Shown here: positions 38,629 through 49,067 of the stretch, one piece after another
How the letters are laid out: every line of letters begins with the position of its first letter
How positions within the stretch are numbered: the first letter of the stretch is position 1
Source: Candidatus Bathyarchaeum tardum
GTDB lineage: Archaea; Thermoproteota; Bathyarchaeia; Bathyarchaeales; Bathyarchaeaceae
Assembly (NCBI GenBank): GCA_024650005.2
Contig: CP122380.1
Span: forward strand, 448,001 to 512,000
Direction: 5' to 3'
Length of the DNA stretch: 64,000 nt
Notes under the pieces: model-generated
Seen by the model: only the letters and a program-made list of their open reading frames with translations
What the model was told of the DNA's origin: nothing
The model's database searches: none
Position numbers and translations under genes: made by a program

Positions 38629-40086
38629 ATGTCCACCGAAAAACAACCTGAAGTACGCATTGGCTTAGAAGTTCATGTGCAATTAACCAGCCTTAATACT
38701 AAACTGTTCTGTGGCTGTGCCTCCGACTATAAAGGAAAAGACCCAAACTCCCTAGTTTGTCCAGTTTGCCTTGGAATGCCTGGGTCTCTTCCAGTTCTTA
38801 ATGAAAACGCAGTAGAATACGCGGTAATGGCTGCATTGGCTCTGAAATGCAAAATTTCTGAACAGATGTTCTTTTTCAGAAAAAACTACTACTACCCTGA
38901 CATGCCCAAAAACTTCCAGATTTCACAATACGACCAAGCAGGTGGAGTTCCCCTTGCTGTAGATGGACATCTTGAAGTAGAAGTTAATCAGAAACGAAAA
39001 AAAATTCGGATTGGAAGGGTTCATTTAGAAGAAGATCCCGGCAGGCTTGTTCATCAAGGTGCAATCGATACGTCGCCGTATACTTTGGTTGATTATAACC
39101 GTGCAGGAATTGCCCTTCTGGAGATTGTTACTGAACCTGATCTTGGTTCTCCAAAAGAAGCACGATTGTTCCTTCAAAAACTTCGTTCAATTCTTGAACA
39201 CCTAGGTATATTTTCAGGAAAACTGGAAGGTTCATTACGTTGTGATGCTAACATTTCGTTGATTGGTGGAACCCGAGTTGAAGTAAAAAACATCTCTTCT
39301 TTCAAAGAAGTTGAACGAGCGTTACGTTTCGAGATTATGCGCCAAAAGAACTTGGTTAAACGGGGGCAATCTATACAGCTTGAAACAAGGCACTGGGATG
39401 AAACACGCAGAGTGACCATTTCGTTGCGTATGAAAGAAAAAGAACATGATTACAGATATTTTCCTGAGCCTGACCTTGTTCCAATTGTTATCTCTAAAGA
39501 TTTGGTTGAAAATGTTAAACAAAAAATGCCTGAACTTCCTGAGGCTAGGATTCAACGGTTTGTTAACAATTATGGGTTGCCTTTGTATGATGCGGAAGTT
39601 TTGGTTAGTGATAAAACGTTAGCAGACTTTTTTGAAGAAACTGTGAAACTTTGTGATAAACCCAAAGACATAAGCAATTGGATGATGGGTGACCTTTTGC
39701 GTAATCTCAACGAGAACAACATTGAGATTACTGATTCCAAGATTACTCCTGAACATTTAGTTGAAATGATTCAATTGATAGATGAAGATGTAGTAAGCGG
39801 CAAAATCTGCAAACGCGTTTTACCTGAAATGGTTATAACTGGCAAAATGCCGTCCGAAATTATCAAAGAAAAGGGTTTAGTGAAAATTTCATCAACAAGT
39901 ATTCTTCAAGAAATTGTGGAAAAAGTGTTTACTGAAAATCCAAAATGTGTTCAAGATGCTCTTGTGGAGCAGAGTGCAGTTAACTTTCTTGTTGGACAAT
40001 TGATGCGGGCAACTAAAGGAAAAGCAGACCCAGGGTTAGCTAACCAACTGATTCAAGAAAAACTTTCAACCCTGAAAAATGAATAA
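38629..40086 (+). CDS. gatB: Asp/Glu-tRNA amidotransferase subunit B
   Basis: IGLEVHVQL, CPVCLGMPGSLP, RKNYYYPD, HLEED, DYRYFPEPDL. Confidence 0.96.
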   Translation: MSTEKQPEVRIGLEVHVQLTSLNTKLFCGCASDYKGKDPNSLVCPVCLGMPGSLPVLNENAVEYAVMAALALKCKISEQMFFFRKNYYYPDMPKNFQISQYDQAGGVPLAVDGHLEVEVNQKRKKIRIGRVHLEEDPGRLVHQGAIDTSPYTLVDYNRAGIALLEIVTEPDLGSPKEARLFLQKLRSILEHLGIFSGKLEGSLRCDANISLIGGTRVEVKNISSFKEVERALRFEIMRQKNLVKRGQSIQLETRHWDETRRVTISLRMKEKEHDYRYFPEPDLVPIVISKDLVENVKQKMPELPEARIQRFVNNYGLPLYDAEVLVSDKTLADFFEETVKLCDKPKDISNWMMGDLLRNLNENNIEITDSKITPEHLVEMIQLIDEDVVSGKICKRVLPEMVITGKMPSEIIKEKGLVKISSTSILQEIVEKVFTENPKCVQDALVEQSAVNFLVGQLMRATKGKADPGLANQLIQEKLSTLKNE

Positions 40087-40099
40087 TGTTTAAACTGAT

Positions 40100-40771
40100 T
40101 TAACCTTCTGATTTTTGTTCAGGTTTTGTTTCAAGGGTTTTTGTGTCTGATTCAAGTATGTTTTGTAACACTTTGTAGATTGAAAGGGCAGCGGCTCGTT
40201 CTGTTCCAAAACCTGAAGTTGCTCCTAGTAAGCAGATGCCTTTCCATCCCCGTTTTTTTGCAAGCCCAATTAATAGTCCAGTTGCACCTGCGATTTTTCC
40301 CTCGCTGTATATTGTGGTTCCTTTATCAAGGTGTTTTTGAGCCAGAGAATCAGATGTAGCAGCAATATAAACTTGGTCTGCTGCATTTGACGTTGCCACT
40401 CCCCCTAAGGTGACTATGCGTTTTGTTCCATATTTTGCGGCAAAATTCAGTATTTCATCACTGATGTCGTAGTGAGCTAGTCCATCCTCCATTGAAGGTT
40501 GGGCGTCTCCAGTTAAGATTATGAAATGGCTTTTTTCTGTTTTTGCAACGTAAAACCTGTAACGGGGTGGACGACAGATTCCTTCCTTGTTTACTGTCAC
40601 GTAATCTGGAAAATATGGTGCATAAACTTCAGCGAAAGGTTTAGCATCTGTGCATTCTATAAGGTGACATGCGGCAATCATTCCAATATTGCCTAGACCT
40701 GCGAGTCCCTCTACTAAAATTGGATTTTCAAGTTGGGGTTCAAAGAGTTCACGGAAATATGGTTTATCCAT
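40100..40771 (-). CDS. PAC2 family (proteasome assembly chaperone-like) protein
   Basis: PILVEGLAGLGNIG, LTGDAQP, VTLGG, IAGATGLL, CLLGAT. Confidence 0.85.
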   Translation of the reverse strand: MDKPYFRELFEPQLENPILVEGLAGLGNIGMIAACHLIECTDAKPFAEVYAPYFPDYVTVNKEGICRPPRYRFYVAKTEKSHFIILTGDAQPSMEDGLAHYDISDEILNFAAKYGTKRIVTLGGVATSNAADQVYIAATSDSLAQKHLDKGTTIYSEGKIAGATGLLIGLAKKRGWKGICLLGATSGFGTERAAALSIYKVLQNILESDTKTLETKPEQKSEG

Positions 40772-40829
40772 TAGGGGTCACTTACCAGTTAATGAAAAAT
40801 GCAGACTATAGTTCTTTCGTAACTTTTCA

Positions 40830-42293
40830 TTAAAGCTTGGGTTTTTGCTTGCTGAATTCTGTGTTTTGTTCAAAGGTGTAAGCAACCTGTAGAGTGAGGT
40901 CTTCTCGAAGGTGGGGCGCCAAAATCTGTAATCCCACTGGAAGCCCTTTAGTAAATCCACAAGGGACAGAAATTGCAGGTAATCCTGCTAGGTTTGCTGA
41001 AACCGTGTCTACGTCGCTCATGTAAAGTTGGAGGGGGTCTTCAATTTTTTCGCCAATTTTAAAGGGAGGAAACGGCATAGTTGGACCCATTAAAACATCA
41101 AATTTTTTGTAAGCTTCTTCAAAGTTTTTACGAATTAATGTTCGAACTTTAAGGGCTTTCAAGTAATACTTGTTGTAGTAACCCGCTGAAAGCGCATAAG
41201 TGCCCAAGATTATTCGTCGCCTTACTTCAGCTCCAAATCCGGTTCGCCTGTTTTTGGAATAAACTGTTGCCCAGTCTGCTTCATCTTTGTCTATGCGATA
41301 ACCGTAACGTAACCCATCAAACCGAGCCAAATTCGAGCTGGCTTCAGACATTGCGACAATATAGTAAGCTGCAAGGGACTGCTCCAAGCTGGGCAGTGAA
41401 GTTTCTTCGTATGATGCACCTAATTCTTCCAGTTTGTGAATTGCATTCCAAACCTGTTTTTTAACATCAGGTTTTGTTCCTTCACCAAAAAATTCTTTGG
41501 GTACTCCGATTTTAAGTCCTTTAACGCCGTTTTTTAAGAATTGGGTGTAATCTTTTATGGGTTGATTAACTGATGTGCCATCTTTCGTGTCATGACCCGC
41601 AATTACGCTTAAAAATAGTGCACAATCGTAAACGTCCTTTGCCATGGGTCCTATTTGTTCTAGGCTGTTGGCATATGCGATTAATCCGTAACGGCTAACT
41701 AGTCCATATGTTGGTTTTAATCCAACAACCGAACAATAACTTGCAGGGCAACGAATCGAACCTCCTGTATCTGTTCCTAATGACAGGACTGCTTCGTCAG
41801 TGGCGATGCATGCTGCACTTCCTCCGGATGATCCTCCGGGAACTCGTGAGTTATCCCACGGGTTAAAGGTTGGTCCAAAATAGCTGGTTTCTGTGGATGA
41901 GCCCATTGCGAATTCATCCATGTTTGTTTTTCCAATTATTATCCCGTCTTGTTGTTTGATTCTATTAATAACTTCGGCATTGTAGGGGGGAACAAAATTT
42001 TCAAGCATCTTAGACGAGCAGGTTGTCAAAATCCCTTGTGTGCATATTGCATCTTTTATTGCGATTGATACCCCTGCTAGTTTTCCGACTTTTTTTCCTT
42101 CAGAAATTTTTTTGTCAATTTCTTTGGCTCTGTTTAAGGCTTGGTCTTCAACAAGTGTTACAAACGCGTTAATTTTATCTTCAACTTTGTGGATTTGTTC
42201 AAAGACTGCTTCCAAACATTCTTGTGCGGATGCTTCTTTGCTTTTTATTTTTTGTATGGTCTGTTGGGCTGTTAATTTGTGCAAGTCTGACAT
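40830..42293 (-). CDS. gatA: Asp/Glu-tRNA amidotransferase subunit A
   Basis: GKTNMDEFAMGSS, PGGSSGGSAA, DTGGSIRCPA, EVRRRIILG. Confidence 0.97.
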   Translation of the reverse strand: MSDLHKLTAQQTIQKIKSKEASAQECLEAVFEQIHKVEDKINAFVTLVEDQALNRAKEIDKKISEGKKVGKLAGVSIAIKDAICTQGILTTCSSKMLENFVPPYNAEVINRIKQQDGIIIGKTNMDEFAMGSSTETSYFGPTFNPWDNSRVPGGSSGGSAACIATDEAVLSLGTDTGGSIRCPASYCSVVGLKPTYGLVSRYGLIAYANSLEQIGPMAKDVYDCALFLSVIAGHDTKDGTSVNQPIKDYTQFLKNGVKGLKIGVPKEFFGEGTKPDVKKQVWNAIHKLEELGASYEETSLPSLEQSLAAYYIVAMSEASSNLARFDGLRYGYRIDKDEADWATVYSKNRRTGFGAEVRRRIILGTYALSAGYYNKYYLKALKVRTLIRKNFEEAYKKFDVLMGPTMPFPPFKIGEKIEDPLQLYMSDVDTVSANLAGLPAISVPCGFTKGLPVGLQILAPHLREDLTLQVAYTFEQNTEFSKQKPKL

Positions 42294-42304
42294 GTATTTG
42301 GCTC

Positions 42305-42598
42305 CTATACTATTCTGGGGGCTTTGAAGAATTTTTTCTCTTTTTTGGGGGCCGTTTTTAATGCTTCTTCTGTGGACAATGAAGGAACTATTTCGTCTTT
42401 TCGAGTGATGTTCTTGAGGTCTAAAACATGATAGGTTGGTTCTACATTTTCGGTGTCTACTTCGTCAATTTTTTTAAAATATTCAAGAATGTCATTGAAC
42501 TGTTCCGTAAACAACTCTTTTTCTTCTTCCGAGAGCTCTATATGGGACAGCCATGCTACATGTTCAACGTCTTTTTTTGACAGGTGCTGTTCTTTCAT
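42305..42598 (-). CDS. gatC: Asp/Glu-tRNA amidotransferase subunit C
   Basis: DVEHVAWLSHI, EVDTENVEPT, FFKAPRIV; GGAGGAG before ATG 42598. Confidence 0.93.
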   Translation of the reverse strand: MKEQHLSKKDVEHVAWLSHIELSEEEKELFTEQFNDILEYFKKIDEVDTENVEPTYHVLDLKNITRKDEIVPSLSTEEALKTAPKKEKKFFKAPRIV

Positions 42599-42791
42599 GT
42601 TTTCTCCTCCACAGTAGACCTTCAAGGCTCCATTATTAATAAAAGCCTATCAATCTCTTGTCAAACTCTGTTCGAGACTACTTTTAACTCTTCTGTGATT
42701 TGTCCGTTTAGGTTTTGTTTGTTCAAAGTTTAGTTGAAATCAATATTCTTGTACCAAAATTGTTTTATTGCTTAGAGTCAGAACCTGAATA

Positions 42792-42867
42792 GAACACACG
42801 CAACATATTTCAAGGTTGAATCTGCGTTCCCACCCACACGACAATTCACCTTTTTTTGCGTGTGTTC
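42792..42867. repeat. Perfect 12-bp inverted repeat enclosing a second stem
   Basis: GAACACACGCAA 42792-42803 / TTGCGTGTGTTC 42856-42867; inner AAGGTTGAAT / ATTCACCTT. Confidence 0.75.
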
Positions 42868-42893
42868 CCCCTTTTCCTTTTCTAACAATAATT

Positions 42894-44861
42894 TTAGTCG
42901 TCGTAGTCTTCACGGCGTTTTCTAATGAAAACTATTGCAGAAACTGCTGCAGCACCACCCCCACCACCAATTATGTAAATGAAGTACTGGTTTAGGAATG
43001 TGTCTGTTACCGTGAAAGTGGTTACGTTGCTGTATGCCTGGCTTAATGTATCGTTTTCTGCTAAGTTTGCGTGAACTTGCCAAATTCCCATGGCTGTGGG
43101 TTCCCATTTTGCTGTATATGTTCCGTTTTCATCGGTGATTACACGTTTTGTGGTGGTTGTGTTCTGGTCGATAAACACCAAGTTAACCGATAAATTGGCT
43201 GCTCTTGGGATTGTCACTCCCGTTATTGTTATGTTCTCTCCAATCTCAACAGTTTTTGAAGTTACGTTACATGATACCGCTATGTAATTTTTCAGTATTG
43301 TAAAACTTTCTTGTTCACTGGTTGTTCCAAAGTATGTTTCGCTTCCATTCCAAGTTGCCCAAACTAGCCAATCTCCACCTTTTTTTAACGGTGGCACGTC
43401 AGAAAAACTGCCTGAAGCGTCTGTAGTTGCTATTCTGGATATTACTGTATCAGTTGAAGTTTCATTTTGTGTTGTATCTTCTGTTGTCTTGTTGGATATT
43501 GTGGTTGCTAAAAAGTCACTTTCCAGTTGATAGTATAATGTAACGTTTCCTTTTCCAGCTCGGGTTGAACCTATTACTGTGATTGAGTTTCCATATTCCA
43601 CAACTTTGCTTGAAACATCCAAAGTTATGTTTTCAGAATTTTTCACCCAGTAACTGCCACTGATTTGTCCAATGTTCCCGCCTACGTCTTTTGCCTCAAC
43701 CGTGTATTCGATTAAGGTTCCCGCAGGTTGTCCTGGAATTGTTGCAGTGAATATTTGGTTTTGTTCTGTTTCCATCTCGATGCTCGAGTATTTTTCCCCG
43801 TTATCTTTTGTGTAATTCATTGTTACAGATTCTAAGTTGAATTGTTCTTCTATGAGCACGTTTATGTCTGTTCCTATGTTGGGTTCTGCTTTTTCCACAT
43901 TGTCAATTATTGTTAGTTCTGGTTGGTCAAAATCTGTTTTAACCATGAATTTGATTTTGCCGTTTCCATGTTCAGCTATTAGTGCAAGGTGATATAATAT
44001 GTCTCCTTGACTTGGGGCTGTGAAGTTGATTAGCATGTCTTGTCCTGGATATTCGCAGCTTGCCATAGCGTCTTTGATTCTTACTCCTTTGCTGTTAACG
44101 TTGTATCCGCCATAAATTCCTGAAAGTTTTCCATATAGTCCCTGTTCTATTGGTAATGGTAAACCGTTTAGAACTGTGCCTGCTCCTGCAGATGGGTTTG
44201 CCATAATATACAATCGGGCTTCGTACATGTCCAGACTGTCGGGAACTTGAACAATAACCTCTATTTGGCTAGCGTTTGTGGTGAATTCGTATCCCCACGA
44301 AGTTTTTAGAACGGGATTGTCGTTTACTTTTCCTTCCATGTCCAGCTCGTACCATTGGTCTGTTTTAATGTGTTCAATTATCATCAAAGTGGCTGCTTGG
44401 GCACCGTTGCTTTCTCTGGCGTCGTTTTTAATTTGGAAACTGTAATCTCCCGTTTTTTCTGGAATAAAAAATGGGTGATCAACTGTCGTTCCCAAGTGTT
44501 CAGGCAATCCCGCAGCTTCAGTGTGGTAAGACTCTAATTTTCCTGAAGGATTATAAACGAAAAGGTCGTAGTCTGTTTTGTTGGTTTCTGGGGCGTAGTC
44601 TATCCACTCACCATAGCAGTAAACTCGGTACATTTTTCCCTCTTCTAGGGGATACACAAAAGTTTTGTATTCTCCAATTTCAATCTCGGATGCATTGATA
44701 TAAACAGGAAGAACAGGTTTACTAATGTAATCCCATTTACCCAATGGATAAGGAACATTGGGTGCTGCACACACAGTGCAAGGTATTGTAATGATACTTG
44801 TCACTGTCCAAACTAGTATGATTGTGAATAAAAACAATCCTTTAGTCGACCACCCACCCAC
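42894..44861 (-). CDS. Membrane-anchored surface protein with beta-sandwich/Ig-like domains
   Basis: Hydrophobic N-terminal signal, many N-x-S/T sequons, C-terminal TM IYIIGGGGGAAAVSAIVFI plus RKRR. Confidence 0.8.
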   Translation of the reverse strand: MGGWSTKGLFLFTIILVWTVTSIITIPCTVCAAPNVPYPLGKWDYISKPVLPVYINASEIEIGEYKTFVYPLEEGKMYRVYCYGEWIDYAPETNKTDYDLFVYNPSGKLESYHTEAAGLPEHLGTTVDHPFFIPEKTGDYSFQIKNDARESNGAQAATLMIIEHIKTDQWYELDMEGKVNDNPVLKTSWGYEFTTNASQIEVIVQVPDSLDMYEARLYIMANPSAGAGTVLNGLPLPIEQGLYGKLSGIYGGYNVNSKGVRIKDAMASCEYPGQDMLINFTAPSQGDILYHLALIAEHGNGKIKFMVKTDFDQPELTIIDNVEKAEPNIGTDINVLIEEQFNLESVTMNYTKDNGEKYSSIEMETEQNQIFTATIPGQPAGTLIEYTVEAKDVGGNIGQISGSYWVKNSENITLDVSSKVVEYGNSITVIGSTRAGKGNVTLYYQLESDFLATTISNKTTEDTTQNETSTDTVISRIATTDASGSFSDVPPLKKGGDWLVWATWNGSETYFGTTSEQESFTILKNYIAVSCNVTSKTVEIGENITITGVTIPRAANLSVNLVFIDQNTTTTKRVITDENGTYTAKWEPTAMGIWQVHANLAENDTLSQAYSNVTTFTVTDTFLNQYFIYIIGGGGGAAAVSAIVFIRKRREDYDD

Positions 44862-45104
44862 GACTATTCCTCACTGTTTTTTGTTGAGTTACCTCAATTT
44901 CTGATAGCAAGTTAGTAATTGAGAGTAAAAATGGTTATGAATATGGGCTAACTACCTAAAATATTGATTTATTCAATTACTGGATTTAACTGATAATATG
45001 CCTTTTAACATATACTTTTGCATTTTTTATGTCAGTTCAATATGTTACACACGCTTTTTTTTATGTCTTTTTTATCGAATATTTGATTGGAGCATAGGAG
45101 CATT

Positions 45105-45506
45105 ATGTCTGCACCAGAAGAAACTTACGACGAGGCAGAAGCCGAAGAGGAAGAAGAGGAAACTAAACTTCTTAACGCTGAACAAGTAACCACAATTGCT
45201 ACTGATTTTTTGAAACGATTAGGAAACAAGCAGATGCTCAAGCCAGTTAAAGCCTCCCTGGAAGAGGAAGAGGAAATCTATGTTGTAGAAGTAGCATTAA
45301 GCAAAAAAATTGCAACTGTTCAAGTAAACGCTACTACTGAACAAATCATAGAATACGAAATCATAGCCAAAGAACAAGAAACACCATCTAACTCATTTCT
45401 ACCCCTCACTCCACAAAACATAATGGTTCTTGCCGGAACAGCAATCGGATCCGTAATCATTTCAGCGCTATTAGGACTACAATCCCTAATACCTAGCATA
45501 CTATAG
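45105..45506 (+). CDS. Hypothetical protein, acidic N-terminus, possible PepSY-like core, C-terminal TM
   Basis: AGGAG before ATG 45105; poly-Glu; YVVEV..VQVNATT..I; hydrophobic tail. Confidence 0.65.
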   Translation: MSAPEETYDEAEAEEEEEETKLLNAEQVTTIATDFLKRLGNKQMLKPVKASLEEEEEIYVVEVALSKKIATVQVNATTEQIIEYEIIAKEQETPSNSFLPLTPQNIMVLAGTAIGSVIISALLGLQSLIPSIL

Positions 45507-45706
45507 CAGTAAACTTCAACCTCCAAAACATAGGTCAACCAAAAAATCCCTTTTTTGGTCACATAATTCGGAACAATTTTTATTATTCCTTAGTTTTTTA
45601 GAAAAAAACTTTTCAATATAGAACTAATGTTAAAACACTAATATGCTAAATCATCTAACTATTTTGGTTTAATCGTGCTTGGGTTGCTGGTTTTTTAAAG
45701 GGAACT

Positions 45707-46708
45707 TTAGCACCATTTTATAATTTGTTGTGGGATTTTAGTTATTGGAAGGATTTTGTCAACATTTCCTTCTTCTATGGCTATTTTGGGCATGCCATAT
45801 ACAGTGCATGTCTTTTTGTTTTGGGCTATTGTTTTTCCGCCCTTTTCTTTGATGGCTTTCATGCCCCAAGAGCCGTCCCGTCCCATTCCGGTTAGGATTA
45901 CTCCGATCACTTGGTCTTGAAAAACTCGGGCTGCTGTTTTCATCATGGGGTCAACTGCTGGCCGGACTCCATGGATGTTGGGTCCTTTGTCTAGTTTTAT
46001 CCTTCCGTTGCCTGAAACTGTCATGTGTTGACCTGCAGGGGCAATAAGGGTTAGTCCGTGTTCAATTTTATCTCCTTTTTCTGCCTCTTTTACTTGGAAA
46101 CTGCAAAGCTTGTCTAACCTTTCTGCAAACAACTTAGTGAAACCCTTTGGCATGTGCTGAACAATCAGTATAGGGGGACTGTTTTCTGGTAGATGAACCA
46201 AAACTTCTTCTACTGCGGGAGGTCCTCCAGTTGAAGCCCCAATAGTAATGATTTTTTCTGCGATTTCTTGTTTAATTTTAATTGGTGAATAAGTTTCGTG
46301 TTCATGAGTAACAAGGTTTGCTTCTGCAGCAGTTTTGATTTTTTCTACAAGTTCATTTCTTACTTTTTCTATATCCAACGAGATTTGTCCTGAAGGTTTT
46401 TGGATATAATCTACAGCTCCTAGCCTAAGTGCTTTGAAAGTTGTTTCTGCCCCTTCTTTGGTGGTTGCACTAACCATTACCACTGGCTTGGGATTTGTTT
46501 TCATTATCTCTTTTAATGTAGTTAAACCGTCCATCCGCGGCATGTTAACGTCTAACGTGATTACGTCGGGGTCCAATTCTTTGATTTTTTTTAAGGCATT
46601 AAGTCCATCAAAAGCAGATCCAACAACAGTTAAATCAGGGTCTGAGTCAACAATTTTAGTGATAACCTTTCGCATAAACGCAGAGTCATCAACGACTAAA
46701 ACTTTCAA
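45707..46708 (-). CDS. cheB: Chemotaxis methylesterase CheB
   Basis: REC domain VVDDSAFMR..LDVNMP; GASTGGP, QHMP, GMGRDG. Confidence 0.97.
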   Translation of the reverse strand: MKVLVVDDSAFMRKVITKIVDSDPDLTVVGSAFDGLNALKKIKELDPDVITLDVNMPRMDGLTTLKEIMKTNPKPVVMVSATTKEGAETTFKALRLGAVDYIQKPSGQISLDIEKVRNELVEKIKTAAEANLVTHEHETYSPIKIKQEIAEKIITIGASTGGPPAVEEVLVHLPENSPPILIVQHMPKGFTKLFAERLDKLCSFQVKEAEKGDKIEHGLTLIAPAGQHMTVSGNGRIKLDKGPNIHGVRPAVDPMMKTAARVFQDQVIGVILTGMGRDGSWGMKAIKEKGGKTIAQNKKTCTVYGMPKIAIEEGNVDKILPITKIPQQIIKWC

Positions 46709-46812
46709 AATGTATTCCCCACAAAATCACCATCAAATTTGAGTTATGCCTAAAAAGGGGAAAGGAACAAAAATTTTTGTTCAATTATTGGCTAATCACG
46801 TTTGTTATTTAG

Positions 46813-47313
46813 TTAAGCAATTGGAACGATTTTTGCTGCAGGTTCCTTATTGCGCGCGGAAGTTTCTTGCTCATCCGCTTCTTCTTTGCTGTCACTGATT
46901 ATTTTGGCCAAATCCAGAATGACTACCAGTTTTTCTTTTTGTTTTCCAACGCCAACCACATATTCTTCCAGTTTTTTTGTTACCTGAATGCCCCTTTCAA
47001 TGTCTGCTTCAGCGATTGTTGAAACCTCTGTTACAGAATCAACTACAATGCCCACTGCAGTTTTTCCCATCTCGATGACAATAATTTTTTCACCGCTACT
47101 TTCTTTGCCTTCTAGGTTCAAGCGTTTGCGAAGGTCCATTACTGTTATGATTTGTCCTCGAAGGTTAGTTACGCCTTCAACGTAGCTGGGGGCTCCGGGA
47201 ACCGGAGTTACAGCTTGCACATCTCGAACTTCCCTGACTTGCTCCACGGGTGCGCCGTAGTTTACGTCTCCAACCGTAAAGTTGACGATTTGTATTCCAT
47301 TAGTTACTGCCAT
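46813..47313 (-). CDS. cheW: Chemotaxis coupling protein CheW
   Basis: QVREV, VTPVPGAP.YVEGVTNLRGQI, GIVVDSV. Confidence 0.95.
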   Translation of the reverse strand: MAVTNGIQIVNFTVGDVNYGAPVEQVREVRDVQAVTPVPGAPSYVEGVTNLRGQIITVMDLRKRLNLEGKESSGEKIIVIEMGKTAVGIVVDSVTEVSTIAEADIERGIQVTKKLEEYVVGVGKQKEKLVVILDLAKIISDSKEEADEQETSARNKEPAAKIVPIA

Positions 47314-47324
47314 GCTTGATGCCC

Positions 47325-49067
47325 CTACTGCCACATGTCTTTGAACATCTTGACTTCAGATTCAATCTTTTTAGCAAGTTCCATGATTCTGGTTACTTCT
47401 TCCTGAACTTTGGTTGCTGCTACTGCTACTTCTTCGGTTGCTGCGGTTTGTTCTTCAATGCTGGCTGCAGTTTGTTCAGATGCAGATGCAGATTCTTCAG
47501 AGAAACTTGCTACCTGCTCAACAACTCCACCTACGTCTTCAAGGTATCTCACAGATTCTTGGACTGCTGCTTGTAGGTTCTTGGTTACTCCCAGAATTTG
47601 TTGCATGGATTCCGCTACTTTTTGGGAACCAGTAACTGCATCGTTAACATTCATGTCACCTTCTACGGCTGCTTGATCTGCGCTTTTTGACATAGTTCCT
47701 GCACGTTCTCCGGCTTTGGTAATTGTATCAATAGATTCAACAGATGTTTTTGCTGCAGTTCCTGCTTGTCCGGCGAGTTGTTTTACTGCATCGGCTACGA
47801 CTGCGAATCCTCGTCCTGCCTCGCCTGCTCGAGCTGCTTCGATTGCAGCATTCAAGGCTAACATGTTAATTTGTCCTGCAATTTGGGATATATCGTCTGC
47901 TAATCCAGCAACGTTTTTGACTGAAGCGTTTACTTCACTGATAGTTATTCCAACATCGCTTGATGCTGCTTTGATTGCGTTTAATGATTTTAGGGCTTCT
48001 TTTCCGTTTTCACTGGCTTCTTGTGCTACTTTGTTAGATGTGTCTACAATTTTGTTTACTTCTTCAGTATTTGTGCTAACGTTGGTCATTTTTTGCATCA
48101 AAACTTGGACGTTCTTTTGTGTTTCTTGAGCAAGTTTAGAAAGGCTTTGGGCACCATCCGAAACATTTTGCGAGGCAGCCATTACCTGTTCCATTGTGTT
48201 GCTTAATCTTTCAGATGCTTGTGCTGATTGTGCACCCATTGCACCGATGTTTTCTGCTGTTGAGAGTATCTCTGTTGAAAGACCAGCAATGTTATCAGAC
48301 ACAGAAGTGCTAACTTGAACCAAACTTTGAGTGTTTTCTAGCATCTGTTTAATTTCAGTAATATCAACGACTGACTCAATTGCACCAATCACTTTTCCTG
48401 TATTATCAAAAAGTGGTGAACCCGTGTAACGAATGTGCCATTTACCATCTGAAATAGTCTCAGATGTTTCTGGCTTTTTGTTTTTCATTGCAATAGCACA
48501 TGCACATTTCGGTGTTTTGCAATCTTCTGTTTTGTAAAGATTGTAACATTTCTTTCCAATGAACTTGTCAGGAGTTGATCCCAACAAGCTTGCTGCATAT
48601 TCATTGAGGAATGTAACTTCAAAATCTTTGTTTATTGCGACAATGGATGCTTGAGCTCCTTGTAGATATTGTGCTTGTTTTTCAGCTAATTCGACTTCCT
48701 TTTTGAGGGAAGTTATATCGACCAAGTATTCTACTGCACCAATAACTTTACCTTTGTCATCACAAAGTGGTGAGCCTGTGTTCCAAATCCGCATTTCGCT
48801 GTTTCTTGTTTGAGCAGTTGCTTGTTTCTTTTTCTTCATTGCAATCGCACAAACACATTTGGGTGTTTTGCAGTCTTTAGTTTTGAAAAGGTCATAACAT
48901 TTTTTTCCAACAAGTTTGTCCGGGTTTGACTTCAGCATTTTCGCGCCGAACTCGTTGATGTATGTAACATCAAAATCTTTGTTTATTGCTACAACTGCCC
49001 CCTGAACGCCTTCAAGATACTGAGTATAAGTGTTAGATGTTTCATCTAATTGTGTTGTTTTCGCCAA
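47325..49067 (-). CDS. Soluble methyl-accepting chemotaxis protein with two Cys-rich PAS domains
   Basis: IAGQINMLALNAAIEAARAGEAGRGFAVVADAVKQLA; two N-terminal PAS repeats; no TM; GGAGG before TTG 49067. Confidence 0.93.
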   Translation of the reverse strand: MAKTTQLDETSNTYTQYLEGVQGAVVAINKDFDVTYINEFGAKMLKSNPDKLVGKKCYDLFKTKDCKTPKCVCAIAMKKKKQATAQTRNSEMRIWNTGSPLCDDKGKVIGAVEYLVDITSLKKEVELAEKQAQYLQGAQASIVAINKDFEVTFLNEYAASLLGSTPDKFIGKKCYNLYKTEDCKTPKCACAIAMKNKKPETSETISDGKWHIRYTGSPLFDNTGKVIGAIESVVDITEIKQMLENTQSLVQVSTSVSDNIAGLSTEILSTAENIGAMGAQSAQASERLSNTMEQVMAASQNVSDGAQSLSKLAQETQKNVQVLMQKMTNVSTNTEEVNKIVDTSNKVAQEASENGKEALKSLNAIKAASSDVGITISEVNASVKNVAGLADDISQIAGQINMLALNAAIEAARAGEAGRGFAVVADAVKQLAGQAGTAAKTSVESIDTITKAGERAGTMSKSADQAAVEGDMNVNDAVTGSQKVAESMQQILGVTKNLQAAVQESVRYLEDVGGVVEQVASFSEESASASEQTAASIEEQTAATEEVAVAATKVQEEVTRIMELAKKIESEVKMFKDMWQ

